A stretch of DNA of 64,000 nucleotides from the NCBI RefSeq assembly GCF_009914755.1, contig NC_060942.1, one strand, 5' to 3'. Positions 24,668 to 38,468 of this stretch are shown here, piece after piece. Both the position numbers and the translations under genes were made by a program. Every line of letters begins with the position of its first letter. The stretch's first letter is position 1. The stretch comes from the human T2T-CHM13v2.0 reference genome, Homo sapiens. Under the pieces are notes generated by a model. The model made no database searches and was not told where the DNA came from. It worked only from the letters and a program-made list of their open reading frames with translations.

Positions 24668-25121
24668 CACTGCACACCACAAACATGCAGCTATCCAGGA
24701 CATGCTGTTTTTGCCCATTTTAATTATGCTGAAAACAAATCCACTTCCTTTACACTCATGCAAGTGTACAACATAAGATGTTTTGCAACCTCATATCAGA
24801 TAAAAACTGGACCTAAACCCACTGGTCTGTTTTAAAGAGCAGCAGAATTTCAACCAGAGCAGATTGAATTAAGGCAAACAGCTTTAAAAATATATTAACT
24901 ATTTTATTTCTTTCTCCCCATCCCACCTCTCATCCATTTGTATCTACATACACAAACCAGTCTGACTGAATACACTTCAAACCAGCTAGAATACTGGTGG
25001 GTAAATTGATGTGACCTCTCTGGCCATAGGTATCATACAACTTTAAAATGTACATTTCCTTCAACTAGTAATTCTACTTCTATGAATTTATCCCAAGAGA
25101 ATAATCACACAAGCAGGCAGA

Positions 25122-25183
25122 ATTTTTTTTTGAAACAGGGTCTCACTCTGTCTCCCAGGCTGGAGTGCAGTGGGGTGATCTCA
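25122..25183 (-). mobile_element. Severely 5'-truncated Alu (last ~50 nt plus tail)
   Basis: ttttgaaacagggtctcactctgtctcccaggctggagtgcagtgg. Confidence 0.85.
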
Positions 25184-26234
25184 AGAACATTCAAGTAATG
25201 TTCATTCATATAATGTTCATTTTTCTTTTCCATGTTCTCGAATTGTTTTTCATCAAACAAAAATTACTGATACTACAAGAAGTAATAAAATAACTAAAAT
25301 AAATGAATAAAATGGAGTATAGTGACTCAAAGAAACTTTTGATAACCAAGATGCCAGCTACCTGGTATGCCTGAATTCTTCACTAACCTGTCAGCTGCTG
25401 CAGCATTCAGAGAAGGGCAGCCTAAACGGAAAAGGCCATTCAAAGTACGCTGCTAACTGACGTTTAAGCCCCCTAGTCCTGTGCTTGGGCTGCCAGGGCC
25501 CCTTCTCATGAGGCTTCTATGAGGCTTTATAACATAAATATATATTTTTAAATACAATTATAGTAATTGGAAGATGCTTCTGTTCCACTCTTCCCTACAT
25601 AGGCAGAGAGGGGAATAGGGGCCCTAGAGAGAGAGGGGCTTGCCTGGGTTTTTGTTGTTGTTGTTGTTTTTAAGCAGAAGGAGTAGAGAGAACAAAGAAT
25701 AACCTGCAGTCAGCAGGTCGTTTGATGGATGCCCTGGCCATCAGAGAGCGGCCTGGAGTGCCTTGGATCCTGGGAAGCCATCCAGGAACTGGCCAGCAAG
25801 GAGAGCTCCCAAGTCTGAGACTCCAGGCTGAGGAGCAAAGGCTGCCTTGGTGGCATTAAAGAAAGGTTGCAAGATTCATCTGTTTAATCAGTGAGCTCCC
25901 AGATGATGCTTGGAGTTTGATATGGATCATTCCAGCCTCTCACAGATCGATCAACAAGTATTGATTGAGTGCCTACTGTTTGCTGGGCTTGACGCTAGGC
26001 ATTTTGGGAGATGCAGAGTGAGTATAGAACGAGGTCTCTGTCCTCTTCAATTAGCACCACAAGCCCGTGCGTAGCAAAGTGGGAACTGCCTGAGTGTGAA
26101 GATGTGAGCAAAAGAAATGTGGGCGACAGAGCACACTGAGATCAGTGAGGCTAGGAGGACCTCAGACAAAAGAGGTCAGACTTGGAGCTGGATTCAGGAG
26201 TAAGGAATATGACTGGTAGAAGAAATATGAATAT

Positions 26235-26620
26235 GTATTAGAGGAATGCTGGCTACATTAACAAACACTCTGAAATATCAGTGCCTTGACACAATAGAAG
26301 GTTATTTCTAGCTCACATAAAAGCCTTGTGGCAGTGGGGCTAAGGGGCAGGACTCTTCTCCATGTAGTCATTCAGGGTCCCAGGCTACCCAGAATTCCAC
26401 TATCTTCAGTGAATGCCTATTAAGGGCAGCTGGAGCCTCAACATCCAGCCAGCAAATGGGGGAAAATGTGGGCAGGAATCTCATGGGAGGTTTATGTAGT
26501 CCAGGCCTGCATATGGCTCACATCACCTCTCCCACATCACATTGGCCTAAAGTCAGTTTATTGTCCCGCCTAGGTGAAAACAGGATGAAAGTGGGGTGCA
26601 AACCTTTGGTGGAAGGCTAG
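26235..26620 (-). mobile_element. Old MaLR LTR (MLT1I/J-like) within L2
   Basis: tgtattag...aacaaacactctgaaatatcagtgccttgacacaatagaaggttatttc...gtcattcagggtcccaggct. Confidence 0.65.
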
Positions 26621-27596
26621 CCACAGCAGACAAAAGCCAGAGGCGGGACTCAGCATGGCCAGGTGTGAAGCTGCAGAGAGATGCCATGTTGGAGACCAAA
26701 GTTGGACATGGACAAGGAGACTGAGGTAGGGAGGAAAGAAAGAAACTCCAGCAGCAATTCTAAGAGCAAGACCCTACCCAGGCTTCTGATCCCAGTCAAA
26801 TTAGAAGTCTGGAAAGCTTAATTCAGGCAGAGGCCTTCATTGATGACCAGCACAGTTGGGTTTGGGGACTTGAATGACTTCAGGGAGGGCCTGTGCTAAT
26901 ACCTAATATGTCATGATGACCACTTGCAGTGTCTCCAACAGGGCCCAATACCCCTCAGCACTACAGGGTTGGCCAGGAATGCCAAGGAGTTTGCAACCTC
27001 TTCTTTCAATGTAACTTGGGTTTTAGAGAATGTTCACATTCCTGATGGCAATCAAAGAGACACCATGAGGAGCCTAATTGGAACAGAGGGTCTTGGGGGT
27101 TCCTTAGATACCCTATGACAACCTGGTGAGTGGCTTTTCAATAAGGCTTAAAGCATCCTATCCCTGAAGCTATGGGTGACCTGCCTGTGAATATCAGCTC
27201 TAAAAGCTCATTGAGATTTAAGTCCCACTTATCCCAAGGCAAGAGTGGTGATGAGGCGTTATCCTACAGCTCTATGAGTTGCTATGTTTATGTTGTTTTC
27301 CAATGATGGCACCATGGATAGTAGCTTCAGACAAGTCATCAGACCTCTGTAGGCCCTCATTTCTATAAAAAAAGTAAGTTTGACACCGCGATCTTTAAGG
27401 ATCTTCTCAGCTGTGGCATTCTGTGGAAGTGAGTTCTTTCCACACAGGAAGCCCACATATGCCTTCATAAGATCTTAGAAATTTTAGAATTAAAACATAG
27501 AAATCAAAATGGGTGGGGAGGGGGTCAGAATTTTAGAGAGTATTAGCCTAGCACTTCCCAAAATGTGTTTTAGGAATATTAGTTCTGTAAACTAGG

Positions 27597-27727
27597 ATGT
27601 GTGAGTATGTGTTTGTCTGTATCTATATCTATATATAGATATATATACATAACATATCTACATATGACATATACATACATATCTTTACTGTATTTCTATA
27701 TATACATACCATGTATGTGTGTATACA

Positions 27728-27760
<33 letters not shown>

Positions 27761-27762
27761 GT
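27597..27762. repeat. (TA)n/(TG)-rich low-complexity tract
   Basis: Seen directly. Confidence 0.85.
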
Positions 27763-27779
27763 GTAAAAGTTGATGTTCA

Positions 27780-28580
27780 TACTCTTATGCCAATATACTA
27801 AGAACTATGCAAAGAGTTTTTCATGCATCGGTTCTTTTATTCCTCCCAGCAACCATGTTGTCACCACTATCCCTATTTTATAGCTCAGGAAATTCATGTC
27901 TAGAAAGGTTTAGCCCCTGCCCAGGGCCACAACAGTTCTAAGTAGAAGGCGAAGATATAAACCCAACCATGTCTGACTCGACTCTGTGCTTTCAGCCATC
28001 ACACCCTGCTGCTTCCTGAAAGTCTTTGGTCACATCAGTTTGAGAATTGCCGGCTTAACCGAAGGTTAAACGGGTCTCTTTGCTGCAAAACTTCTCAGAG
28101 CCCTGACTGACTCTCACGGTGTGCACAGGGTGACATGGGGGTTAACTCAGAATCTGAGGTGAGATTGAATGGCCTGGAAACCAGCTTTGTCCCTTACTGG
28201 CTGTGTGACCTTAGGCACATCGCCTAGCCTCTCTGTACCTCATCTGTAAAATAAGAATAACAACAGCATGTGCTTCATAGTTGCCTGCAAGGATTAAATA
28301 GTTATTATGCTTTGAGATCAAAACCAAGTACTATTTAAGTGATGGCTATTACTAGAGTGGGCAGTGCTGTCGTCTAAATTGATCCTTGAGCCCAGTTCTC
28401 ACGTAGCGTCTCTCGGGGGTGATGGCATGATCTGGGTCATCTTTCTCACTTAACAATGAGGAAGCTGAGGTGACAGACCTGGCTCAGGGCCACATAGGTT
28501 GCTAGTGCAAGAGCCAGCTGAGCTAGAAGTCTGGTCCCCAGACTCCCAGCCAGTGTTAGCCCCTGAAACCCACCCTGCCT
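27780..28580. mobile_element. Cluster of three MIRs (minus about 27780-28010, plus about 28130-28350, minus about 28430-28580)
   Basis: Core motifs, e.g. ctggctgtgtgaccttaggcac..cctctctgtacctcatctgtaaaat and atgaggaagctgagg. Confidence 0.7.
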
Positions 28581-29206
28581 CTCTCTAGCAGATTCAGACA
28601 TTTTTTGCAAATCTAGTTACAGAATTGTAGCTAAACATAAAATCACACAGTGCTAGCTCCTCACCGCCACCGCTCCCACACCCTGCTGCATTTAAAGTGT
28701 CTATCTAATGTCCAATGCAGGAACTTGGTTTTACTCAGAACAAAAGCGATGTGGAATAAAGTCTTCTGCAGTGGCTGCTGTGTCCCCAGAGGGTGGTCTC
28801 TCTGACAGTCTCACTACTCCAGCCTTTGAGCTGCCTAAGGCAAAATGACACTATCCGCCAGAAGCACTGGGCATTTGCAGCCACTGACATCCCGACCTCC
28901 TGCAGCTGGGGCACTGCCTCTGTCCTAGCTCCGCCCAGAGCACGCTCTGGGAGCTGGGTCTGCTCACCCCACAGAAAGGGGGAGAAAGAAGGAAAGAGGA
29001 AAGTAATCCCTCTTGGGATCTCCGGGGGAAGCATTTTAGAAAATAGAAAGAATTAAATGTGACAATGATCATAAATTAAAAGTAAAATCAGACAGGGTTT
29101 AGGATGAAAATCATCCTATTAGGATGATGTCCCTTCAATTTTTATGATTTCTTTGTGATGCTCTATGTATCTCACTGCTCTGGTTTGTGCAACAAGAATG
29201 TGTAGG

Positions 29207-29207
<1 letters not shown>

Positions 29208-29241
<34 letters not shown>

Positions 29242-29270
29242 TAGAGAGAGAGAGGGAGAGAAAGAGTGAC
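29208..29270. repeat. (GT)n(GA)n compound microsatellite
   Basis: Seen directly. Confidence 0.95.
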
Positions 29271-29994
29271 AGAGCAAGAAGGGGAGTGCAACGGAGAGCT
29301 GGAGAGAAGCCTTTGAGCTTCAGAGTTCCGTTCTGTCATTCTTTCTCCAGCCACGGCATTGTTTTGTTCCATCTGCTCCCAATGGTTTAGTTATGTCTGC
29401 CTGTTTGTTTAAAAGGTCTGATATAAGCACCCAACTTGCTATCCTTTCTTCATCTTGACCATATATGAGAGGACTCATAAGTTCAGGTACAATATGCTCC
29501 TTTTTGCACTCTAGATACGAAATACCTTCCATCCTAGGGTTATTGATTACTATTGATTACTTATAAGGTTCTGAGTACACTGAGAATCTCCCTGGACCAG
29601 TGCTCCAGTGCACATCATCACTTCTTAAAGGCAGAAGACTCTGAGCTCACTGCGTACTGAATGGTCTACAGCCCACTGCCTACAGGAACGGTCTACAGGC
29701 ATTGGCTTGGTTAAGGGATTCAAGTTAATGGACTTCACCCATAAAGTCTGTGAAGTCTCCTTGCCTGATCTTGTCCACCTCTGGGCAGCAGACACATGAG
29801 AGAGGTCTTTGAGCTGCTGAGAAGGAAATATCGCTCTCACGCCTGCCAACCAAATAATCACAGCCCGTGACCATTCAGCCTTTACAGTGGATGCTGCATA
29901 CCTACAAACTGATGCAATTAAATAACAGTTTGCTGGGATCCTTCACTTGAGCTCAAATAAAGTAGTTTTCTTTTTTTACTAAGCAAAAAAGATA

Positions 29995-30660
29995 TAGGAA
30001 CACTTTTACACTGTTGTAAAAGATATAGGAACACTTTTACACTGTTGGTGGGACTGTAAACTAGTTCAACCATTGTGGAAGTCGGTGTGGCAATTCCTCA
30101 GGGATCTAGAACTAGAAATACCATTTGACCCAGACATCCCATTACTGGGTATATACCCAAAGGATTATAAATCATGCTGCTATAAAGACACATGCACACG
30201 TATGTTTATTGTGGCACTATTCACAATAGCAAAGACTTGGAACCAACCCAAATGTCCAACAATGATAGACTGGATTAAGAAAATGTGGCACATATACACC
30301 ATGGAATACTATGCAGCCATAAAAAATGATGAGTTCATGTCCTTTGTAGGGACATGGATGAAGCTGGAAACCATCATTCTCAGCAAACTATTGCAAGGAC
30401 AACCAATCAAACACTGCATGTTCTCACTCGTAGGTGGGAATTGAACAATGAGAACACATGGACACAGGAAGGGGAACATCACACACCAGGGACTGTTGTG
30501 GGGTGGGGGGAGGGGGGAGGGATAGCATTAGGAGATATACCTAATGCTAAATGACGAGTTAATGGGTGCAGCACACCAACATGGCACATGTATACATATG
30601 TAACAAACCTGCACATTGTGCACATGTACCCTAAAACTTGAAGTATTAAAAAAAAAAAAA
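29995..30660 (+). mobile_element. 5'-truncated L1PA3/4-type 3' end
   Basis: ORF2 C-terminus (WKSVWQFLRDLELEIPFDP...MFSLVGGN*), G-rich 3'UTR, poly(A). Confidence 0.95.
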
Positions 30661-32644
30661 GAATTGACAACCCCAAAAAAAAAAGATACTAAATATGTAC
30701 ATTCTATTCATTGCTTTCAATATACCCAGGAGTTTCTGACTGAATGAAATCATTTTACTGTTATCCCTCTTTTGATGACTTAGTGCTATGTGTAGATTCA
30801 GGCAGAGTCTGTACATGGCATAGAGATGAGAAACATGGGAAAATGCCAAGAATGTCTGACCTTGTCCAATGCAACTCTGTACATCTGCTATTATTATTCA
30901 TCTCTCCCAAGAGATGTTTTAGGATCAGCAACACCTACCGTGCAGGTGGTCACAACTGAAACAGCTCAGGGGCAGTCGTTTATTCAACAAGAGTTTATTG
31001 AGGACTTACTATACGCTAGATATTGTGCTAGATACCAAATACCCAGCTACCAAAAAGAAGGATAGAGTCCCCATCTTCTGGAGTTCTCATTAAAGATTTT
31101 GAGAGCTGGGACCATAACATCCCATTCCCTGGTTAGACAGGTGAGGATATTGAGACCCAGAGGGAAAGGTGAGGAAATTGAGACCCAGGTTGCCTGAAGC
31201 TACCTGCATTGAGTGCCTGAGCTGGACCTGAAACCCAGGTTTGCCAGCACTGGGCTGGGCTCTGATGCAGCATGCTGCATTTCACCTCGCATTGAAGAAA
31301 ATGGCCCCAGTTGAATTCCCTGTGCCTATGGCAAATGACTGGTCAGAGGGCCATGACAATGGGGATCCAACAGAAAGTCACATTTCAAAATTATGATGTT
31401 GCCGTGGCTTCTGCTTTTTGTGTGCTACATGGACACACAAAGTAGATCACCAGTTTCCAAAGGGCAGCTGCTGGGGGCTGTTGATTACAAATGGCAATTT
31501 AAAAGGCAAAAAGGTCCTCAAAATATTTATAGAAATTGCTTAAGAATTTTTTCTAGACTAGAAGAGACTGGCTCTTTTCAGATCCCAAGGAGCTTACAGA
31601 CAGAGTAAAGAGTGAATTGGCCTGTGGTGGGAGTCAGGGTGGAACTCAGCGTGGAAATCACTGCCATCGAATTTCTAGGCCCCCATACCATCAGCGTCCC
31701 CTGCAACTGAGATGTGGAAACTAGAGAGCCACAGAGGTGCAGCACAAGAAGAGAATAAATAATGATGCAAGCTATTATTTGTTAAGCACCTTCTGTATGC
31801 TTGGAGTTTCATTACATCAACATGTCCTTAAATTTCATTACAACCCTGTGAGGTGTGTATTAGTTACCCAGCCAGCAAGTGGTGGGATGTGGCTCTGCAC
31901 CTGAGGCTAATGACCATCCTTTGTCCACTGCACAGCAATAATATGGAGAAGTTTTCCTGGGAAGGAGTGATGGGAACAAGGAAGGGGGCAGAATTAAAGG
32001 AAGGGTAAAGAGAGAAGGCTCAGATGAAGAATTAACAATATTTAATGAGCACATGCACCACATAAGCATTCTGCCAGGCATCTGCTGCAAGGACATCAGG
32101 TAAACCAGTACTTCCTGCCACCCCCAACCAGGTTGTGGGCCCAGTGTTCACCCATTGCCAAGCCAGGAACTGTGGCAACACCCATGACTGCTCCATGTTC
32201 CTCATCCTCCACCTCCTGTGACTCCCATTTATCCTTCTGTGTGCCATCCATCTGCTCTGCTCATTTGTAGAATGGAGATAGTCAGGTCCCTACTTCATTC
32301 ATGCAATAATGTATATATAGCAATTAACACAGCCCTTACCACATAGCAAGTTCGCAGTAAATGTTAGCAGCCATTATTGTACTTTCTTTACCAGCTTGTT
32401 GAAATAATAGTGAAACTGACACATGAGTCTTCCAAGAATAAGATCAAATGCAGGGAGACCTAGGGGTGGGTTTGAGGCCAGCTGGTCTACCCTCTTTTGG
32501 TGAACACACTTTGTGATTCCAAGTGTGTGCATTTTTCCCATGTAGAATTCCATTCTCCTGTCTTTTCAGATCTTATAATTTCTTCAAGATCTAAGTGAAA
32601 TGCAAGCATTCAAGAAATGGACATCCAGACAGGGTATCTTTTGG

Positions 32645-32950
32645 GTAGCATTGTTCAGTTCAAATAAAATGTGAGCCATATATGTAATTTTAAATTTTAT
32701 GGTAGCCACATTAAAAAGAATAATAATTATTACTCAAAATTTTTATTTAACCTAACATTTCCCAAAATTATCATGTTAACATGTAATCAATAAAAAAATT
32801 ACTAATGAGGTATTTTACATTATTTTGTTTGTATACGTCCTCAATACCTGGTGGTTATTTTATACCCACAGCACAACTGAATTTGCAGTAGCCACATTTC
32901 CAGTGCTCATAGCCACATTTGGTTAGAGGCTACCATTTTGGACATTACGC
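32645..32950. mobile_element. MER33-like hAT MITE
   Basis: aatgtgagccatatatgtaattttaaatttt..gtagccacattaaaaag and tagccacatttccagtgctc. Confidence 0.8.
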
Positions 32951-33629
32951 CTTTAAAGAAAACTGACACTATTCCTTTAAATATCATAACATCTCCTGCA
33001 TTAATTGTGGGTGTGTGGGTAGATCATTAGAGTAGCAGGTGGCCCTGTTGGTCTCTCTGCCCCCAGGGAATGTGTGAAGAAGGAGCCTGTTTCTGGCCAA
33101 AGCAAATCACACAAACCTATCTAAGGCCCTGCTGATAATACATTCATAGAGTTTCATACCCCAGCACACAAACAGGCTCTGGCTAAATAGGCTTTTCAAA
33201 ATACTTTCAGATCCGTAACCACCCCTCCCCAAAACCAGCTTCACAGAGACAATACCTCTGCATCCCAACACACCCTTTGAAAATGAGCACCAAAAGCACC
33301 CACTTTCTCCAACTTCCTGATAAGGACACAGCTCTGAATAATTTATTCATTCTTTACAGGTTTCCTGGGCACCCACTGTACTCTGAGCATCATGCTAGAT
33401 GAATAAGTCATGGCTTCTGGCCTCAAGGCTTCAATAGCAAATACAAATAATATTAAGAAAACCCTTTTGGTCTCTTTTGGAATTCTAATCGGAATGATCA
33501 TGAATGTGTGCTAGAATGGGAACTTTTATGGCTGCCTGGCCTGAGAACTTGCTTCTACTCTTGGTTTTGGTTTTCTTTGTTCATTTTCTGTATACTTCCT
33601 CTCCTCCAGGGTACCTAAGTCAGCTGCCC

Positions 33630-33780
33630 TCCACTCGTTACCAACAGGAAAGTACCAAGTCATTCATGAGGGATACACTCCCGTGACCAAAATACCTCCC
33701 ATTAGGTACCTCTCCAGCACTGAGTTGGGGTCAAATTTCAACATGAGATTTGGAGGATTCAAACACACCAAACTACAGCA
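33630..33780 (-). mobile_element. MST-type LTR fragment
   Basis: cattcatgagggat..cacctcccattagg-like text, aaatttcaacatgagatttggagg, and end aaactacagca. Confidence 0.75.
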
Positions 33781-34487
33781 CCTGTCTTCATGAGTCACTT
33801 ATGATGGGCATCCATTTTACTGTTTCTTTTGTGGATGCTTTCATGAGTCTTCTGGGAGATCCTTCTGGATAGAAGGAAAATTTGAAGGCAAACAGAGCTC
33901 TTGATTATTCTCAATGTCTTACAGGTAACTGACCACAGTTGTCTCAAGGCTGGTCCTCATGAAGGAAAAGGGTCAGAGGCAGTGCTAGGGAAGCATCCCT
34001 TCTCCAGGTTAACTGGGTGGCCACGGCTATGTGTAGGTTCCCCAGGGCCACTCAGATAGCCTGGAGAAGGGATGCTTTTCTAGCTCTGCCTCTGACCCCT
34101 TTCCTTCATGAGGACCATCATGCTCCAGTGGACAGGGGCATGAAACTGGGGAACACAATTTGGCCTCAGATAAACTTTGTTTCAAATCCCTACCACCACT
34201 TCCTTACGACGCAAGTTTGAGAAACTTATTTTCCTCCATGCATCTCGATTTTGTTTCTTACAAAAGTTTTCTTAACTTTTATTAAATGGTTTAGTTCTTG
34301 CCATTCCACATAACCTACTCTAAGGTCTTCTAAATTTCTTTCAAAGTGTAACTTATAGTCCTGATGACATAACTAACGTTTAATCAAGCTCTTCAAAAAT
34401 GTAAAGTTACAGTCAGTATAGAATATGTTCACCATCATCATTGCCTTTCCTCCTCTTTCTGAAATGGGGATCAATAATAATTGCTAC

Positions 34488-35041
34488 TCAAACCATACCT
34501 TTAATAAGTGATCAACACCTAAAATATATAAAGAGCTCCTACAACTCAATAGCAAGAAAACACATGGCTCAATTAAAAAATAGGCAAAAGAACCAAGTAG
34601 AAATTTATCAAAAGAAGATATACAAATAGCCAACAGGTATATGAAAAAAGTGCTCAACGTCACTAATCATCAGGGAATTGCAAATTAAAACTACAATGAC
34701 ATATTACTTCACACCTGTTGGAATAGTCATTATCAAAAAGACAAAGATAGTAAGTGTTGGTGAGCATGTAGAGAAAAGGGAACCCTTGTATACTGTTGGT
34801 GAAAATGTAAATTGGTATAGCCATGGTAGAAAATAGCATGGAGGTGGGCCTCAAAAAATTAAAAATGGAAATGTCATCTAATCCAGCAATCCCACTGCCA
34901 GGTATATATCCAAAGGAAACAAAATTAGTATGCTAAAGAGATAACTGCACTCCTACATTCACTGCAGCACTATTCACAATAGTCAAGATAAGGGATCAGT
35001 CTAAATGTCTATCAACAGATGAATAGATAAAGAAAATGTTA

Positions 35042-35096
<55 letters not shown>

Positions 35097-35565
35097 ACAA
35101 GCCAGCCAGCCTTAAAAATAAGGACATCCTGTCATTTGTGACAACATAGATGAACCTGTAAGACATTATGTCAAGTGAAATAAGAAAGACATAGAAAGAA
35201 AATCCAAATGATCTCCCTTATACGTGAAATCTAAAAAAAGTTGAACTCATAGAAGCAAACAGTAGAATGGTGGTTACTAGGGCTGGTGGGGGGAATTGGG
35301 GAGATGTTTTTCAAAGGATACAAAATTTCAGTTAGACAGGATGAATAAGTTCAAGACATTTATTGCACAATGTTGACTAGCTAAACAATGTATTGTATAC
35401 TTGAAAATTGCTGAGAGTTTAATTGTTCTCACAACAAATAAGTATGTGAGGTAATGTATATATTCATTAGCTTTATTTCACTATTCCACAATATATACAT
35501 ATTTCAAAATATGCGGTACACAATAAATATCATTTTTATTTTTCAATTAAAAAACAAATAACAGA
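34488..35565 (+). mobile_element. L1MA6-8-type 3' end with internal (CA)n at 35045-35091
   Basis: ORF2 end plus 3'UTR (ggatacaaaatttcagttagacagg); probable TSD aataattgctact / aataatttctact. Confidence 0.88.
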
Positions 35566-36969
35566 AAAAATAATTTCTACTACTTATTAAGCATTAATAT
35601 GTGACAGTCATATTATATTACTGAATCTACCAGCAAGTCAATGATGAAAGAACCTCCATTTTGGAGATTCTGTATTCATTTGACACATGATTGTTGAACA
35701 ACTACTATGTCCCAGGCATTGTCCCAGGTGCTAGAAATAAGCAGTGAGCAAAACTATATTTAAACTTCTCCCCTCATGAAGCTTACATGCTATTTGGGGA
35801 GAGAGACAATAAGAAAAATATACAGAATATCAAATAACAATAGGCCCAGTGGAAAAAATTAAGCAAGTTAGCAATCATAGCTAGGGTGGTAAGGAAAGTT
35901 CTCGCTGAGAGGAAGGTTGGGGCAAGCCATACGGATATCTGGGTGAAGAGCATTTCAGACATAGGAAATAGTGAGGGCAAAGGTCCTGAGGCAAGAATGT
36001 TCTCTTCATGTTTGGGGAAGAGCAAGGAACTCTGTGGCTAGAGAGAAATGAACAAGTGGATATGTGAAAAGAGATAAGGTCAGAGGCATAACAGGAAGTA
36101 AAAATGCAAATCACATAGGGCCTTGAATGTAAGACTTTGGCTTTTACTCTAAGATGGAAATCTATTTGAAGATTTTGAGCAGAGAACTAATAGAATCTGA
36201 AGTGCATTTTGAAAGGACCATCTGACTGCCATGCAAAATAGGGAGGGTAGTAAGAGGGAAGCACAAAGTCCAGGAAATGGTTGAGTCCTGGATATACTGC
36301 TATGGAGAGCCAACAGGATCTGCTGATCAATTGGACATGAAGTGTGAAAGAAAGAAAGAACTGACTCAAAAGTTTTGGCCTGGGCACCTGGAAGGATGCA
36401 ACTGGGATCCAGAAGCTGAGATGGGGGAGTTTGGAGGTGAAGATCAGAAGTTGAGTTTCAATGATGGTGAGTAGAGCCATTAAGTTGACTGTTGGATCCG
36501 ACTCTGGAGTTTGGGATGAGAACCAGTGTAGAAATAGAAACTGGTGAGTCATCAGCATATTGAAAGCCAGGAACTTAGATAAGATGATCAAGGGAGTAAG
36601 GGAAGAGAGAAAAGATAGGAGGTCCAAGGACTGAGCCTGTGGCTCATGCCAACATTTGGAAGTTGGCGAGATGGGGCAGATAGCAGGATTCTAAGGCAGT
36701 ACAGTCAATGAAGTGGGACAGAAGCCAGAAGGGTGTAGTGTCCAAGACATCAAGTGAAGAAAGTATGTCAAAGAGAAAAGAAGGAGAAACTGAATAAACT
36801 GCAGGTGTTGTGGCAAATAAAATGAGGACTGAGGGTGGATTGTTGGTGTCAGTAACATGGAAGTCATCAGTCACCTTGACAAGAGCAAGACCTTTGGATT
36901 ATTGGAGGGTAAAAGCCTTATTATCCTGGATTCAAGAGAGAATGGAGGAAAGTGATTAGATAGCAAGTG

Positions 36970-37296
36970 CAGTCACTTTTTGGTGTCCATGAGATATTGT
37001 TCTAGGGCCCCCTACAGATACCAAAATCCACAAATGCTCAAGTACCTGGTATAAAGTGACATAGTATTTGCATGTAACTATGCACATCCTCCAAAAAATC
37101 ATCTCTAGAATACTTATAATGCCTAATATGAGGCCTACATATCACATCACTCATATGGATTCAGCACAGTACTCAGCACAGGGGAAATTCAAGTTTTGCT
37201 TTTTGGAACTTTGTGAATTTTTTTCTGAATATTTTTGATCCATAGTTGGTTGAATCCATGGATGTGGAACCCATGGATACAGAGGGCCAACTTGTA
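36970..37296. mobile_element. MER2 (Tigger-family MITE)
   Basis: gataccaaaatccacaaatgctcaagt...ggttgaatccatggatgtggaacccatggatacagagggccaac. Confidence 0.85.
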
Positions 37297-38069
37297 TAGA
37301 CAACATTTCAGATGTTTTGCTGGAAAGGAGAGCAAAAACATGAGGCAATGGCTAGAGGTGGGCAAGCGAGTTTTGTGTTTTATTAAGGATGTAAGAAATT
37401 ACATGTTGACATAATGATGGGACTAGCCCAGCAGGGAGGGAAAAAATTGATAATGCAGGAAAGAGAAAGACAATCTCCAGAACCATGTTCTTGAAAAAGG
37501 ATGAAATCCAATGCACACATTGAGTTTTTGGACCACAAAGGAAAAGAGATTGCTCATCCCAGGTAAGATGAGGGAAGGCAGTACTTTCTCGGCACTGATG
37601 CGTAGGTGATTGAATTTGGTGATGGAAATGTGTGCAAGTTTCTCTTCTGCTGGCTTCTACCTTCTCAGCGAAATAGCAAGCCCAGGTCATCAACTGAGAG
37701 AGGAGATGGGGAAATTTGAGAATAGAGAGTAGAAAATAGTGAAATATGAAATGGTCGGAATGAGTGAACCCTGAAGATGTAGAAAGACTGCTTCCTGGAA
37801 GTTACTGGTCATGAATTCAAGCTGAAACTAGTCAGTGTGGTTGCATGTATTTCTCCTATCCTGTCCACTGTGTAGTTGTGAAGCAAGGAGACAGTTGGAT
37901 TTCCTCAGGATTGGGCTTTTGAGAGAGAGTAGCTAACAAGATGAGGATGTCTGTAAGGATGGAAATAGAATGATGGGTCATGAAAATTTAAGGTGGGTGA
38001 GGAAGGGAATGAGGACATGGTGGGGGAGGTGAAGGACAGTAAGAAAGTGGTAGGCTCAGCCTGTTGTAG

Positions 38070-38468
38070 TGTTAAATCAAGTTTAGCCTAAAGCTGCCTC
38101 CTTGCATATTTTAAGTCCAGCCTAAAGGTTTCTCCATACATCACGAACTATAACCTAAATAGAATTGTAAACAGACTATAGCCTATTCTTGTGCCAATCA
38201 CTGAGTTTTGGTCAATCAGTGGTGGCCAACTGTTCAAACTGTGTTCAAATAAGGCAAATGCCATCTGTAACCAATCCGGCTGTTGCTGTACCTCACTTCC
38301 ATTTTCTGTACATCACTTTCCTTTTTCTTTCCATAAATCTTCTTCCACCACATGGCTGCGCTGGAGTCTCTGAGCCTACTTTGGCTCCCGAGGCTGTCTG
38401 ATTCATGAATCATTCTTGCTCAATTAAACGCCTTTAAATTTAATTTGGCTAAGGTTTTTCTTTTCATA
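38070..38468 (+). mobile_element. MER57 ERV1 solo LTR
   Basis: tgttaaatcaagtttagcctaaagctgcctcc start; 4-bp TSD gtag on both sides. Confidence 0.88.

Noticed and set aside
27305-27325. REST/RE1-like gcaccatggatag
   Set aside because: Too many mismatches at conserved positions.
30073-30444. 123-aa ORF, and similar ORFs at 10655-10987, 40742-41029 and 44589-44849
   Set aside because: Fragments of L1 ORF2 in truncated elements, with no promoter or intact frame.
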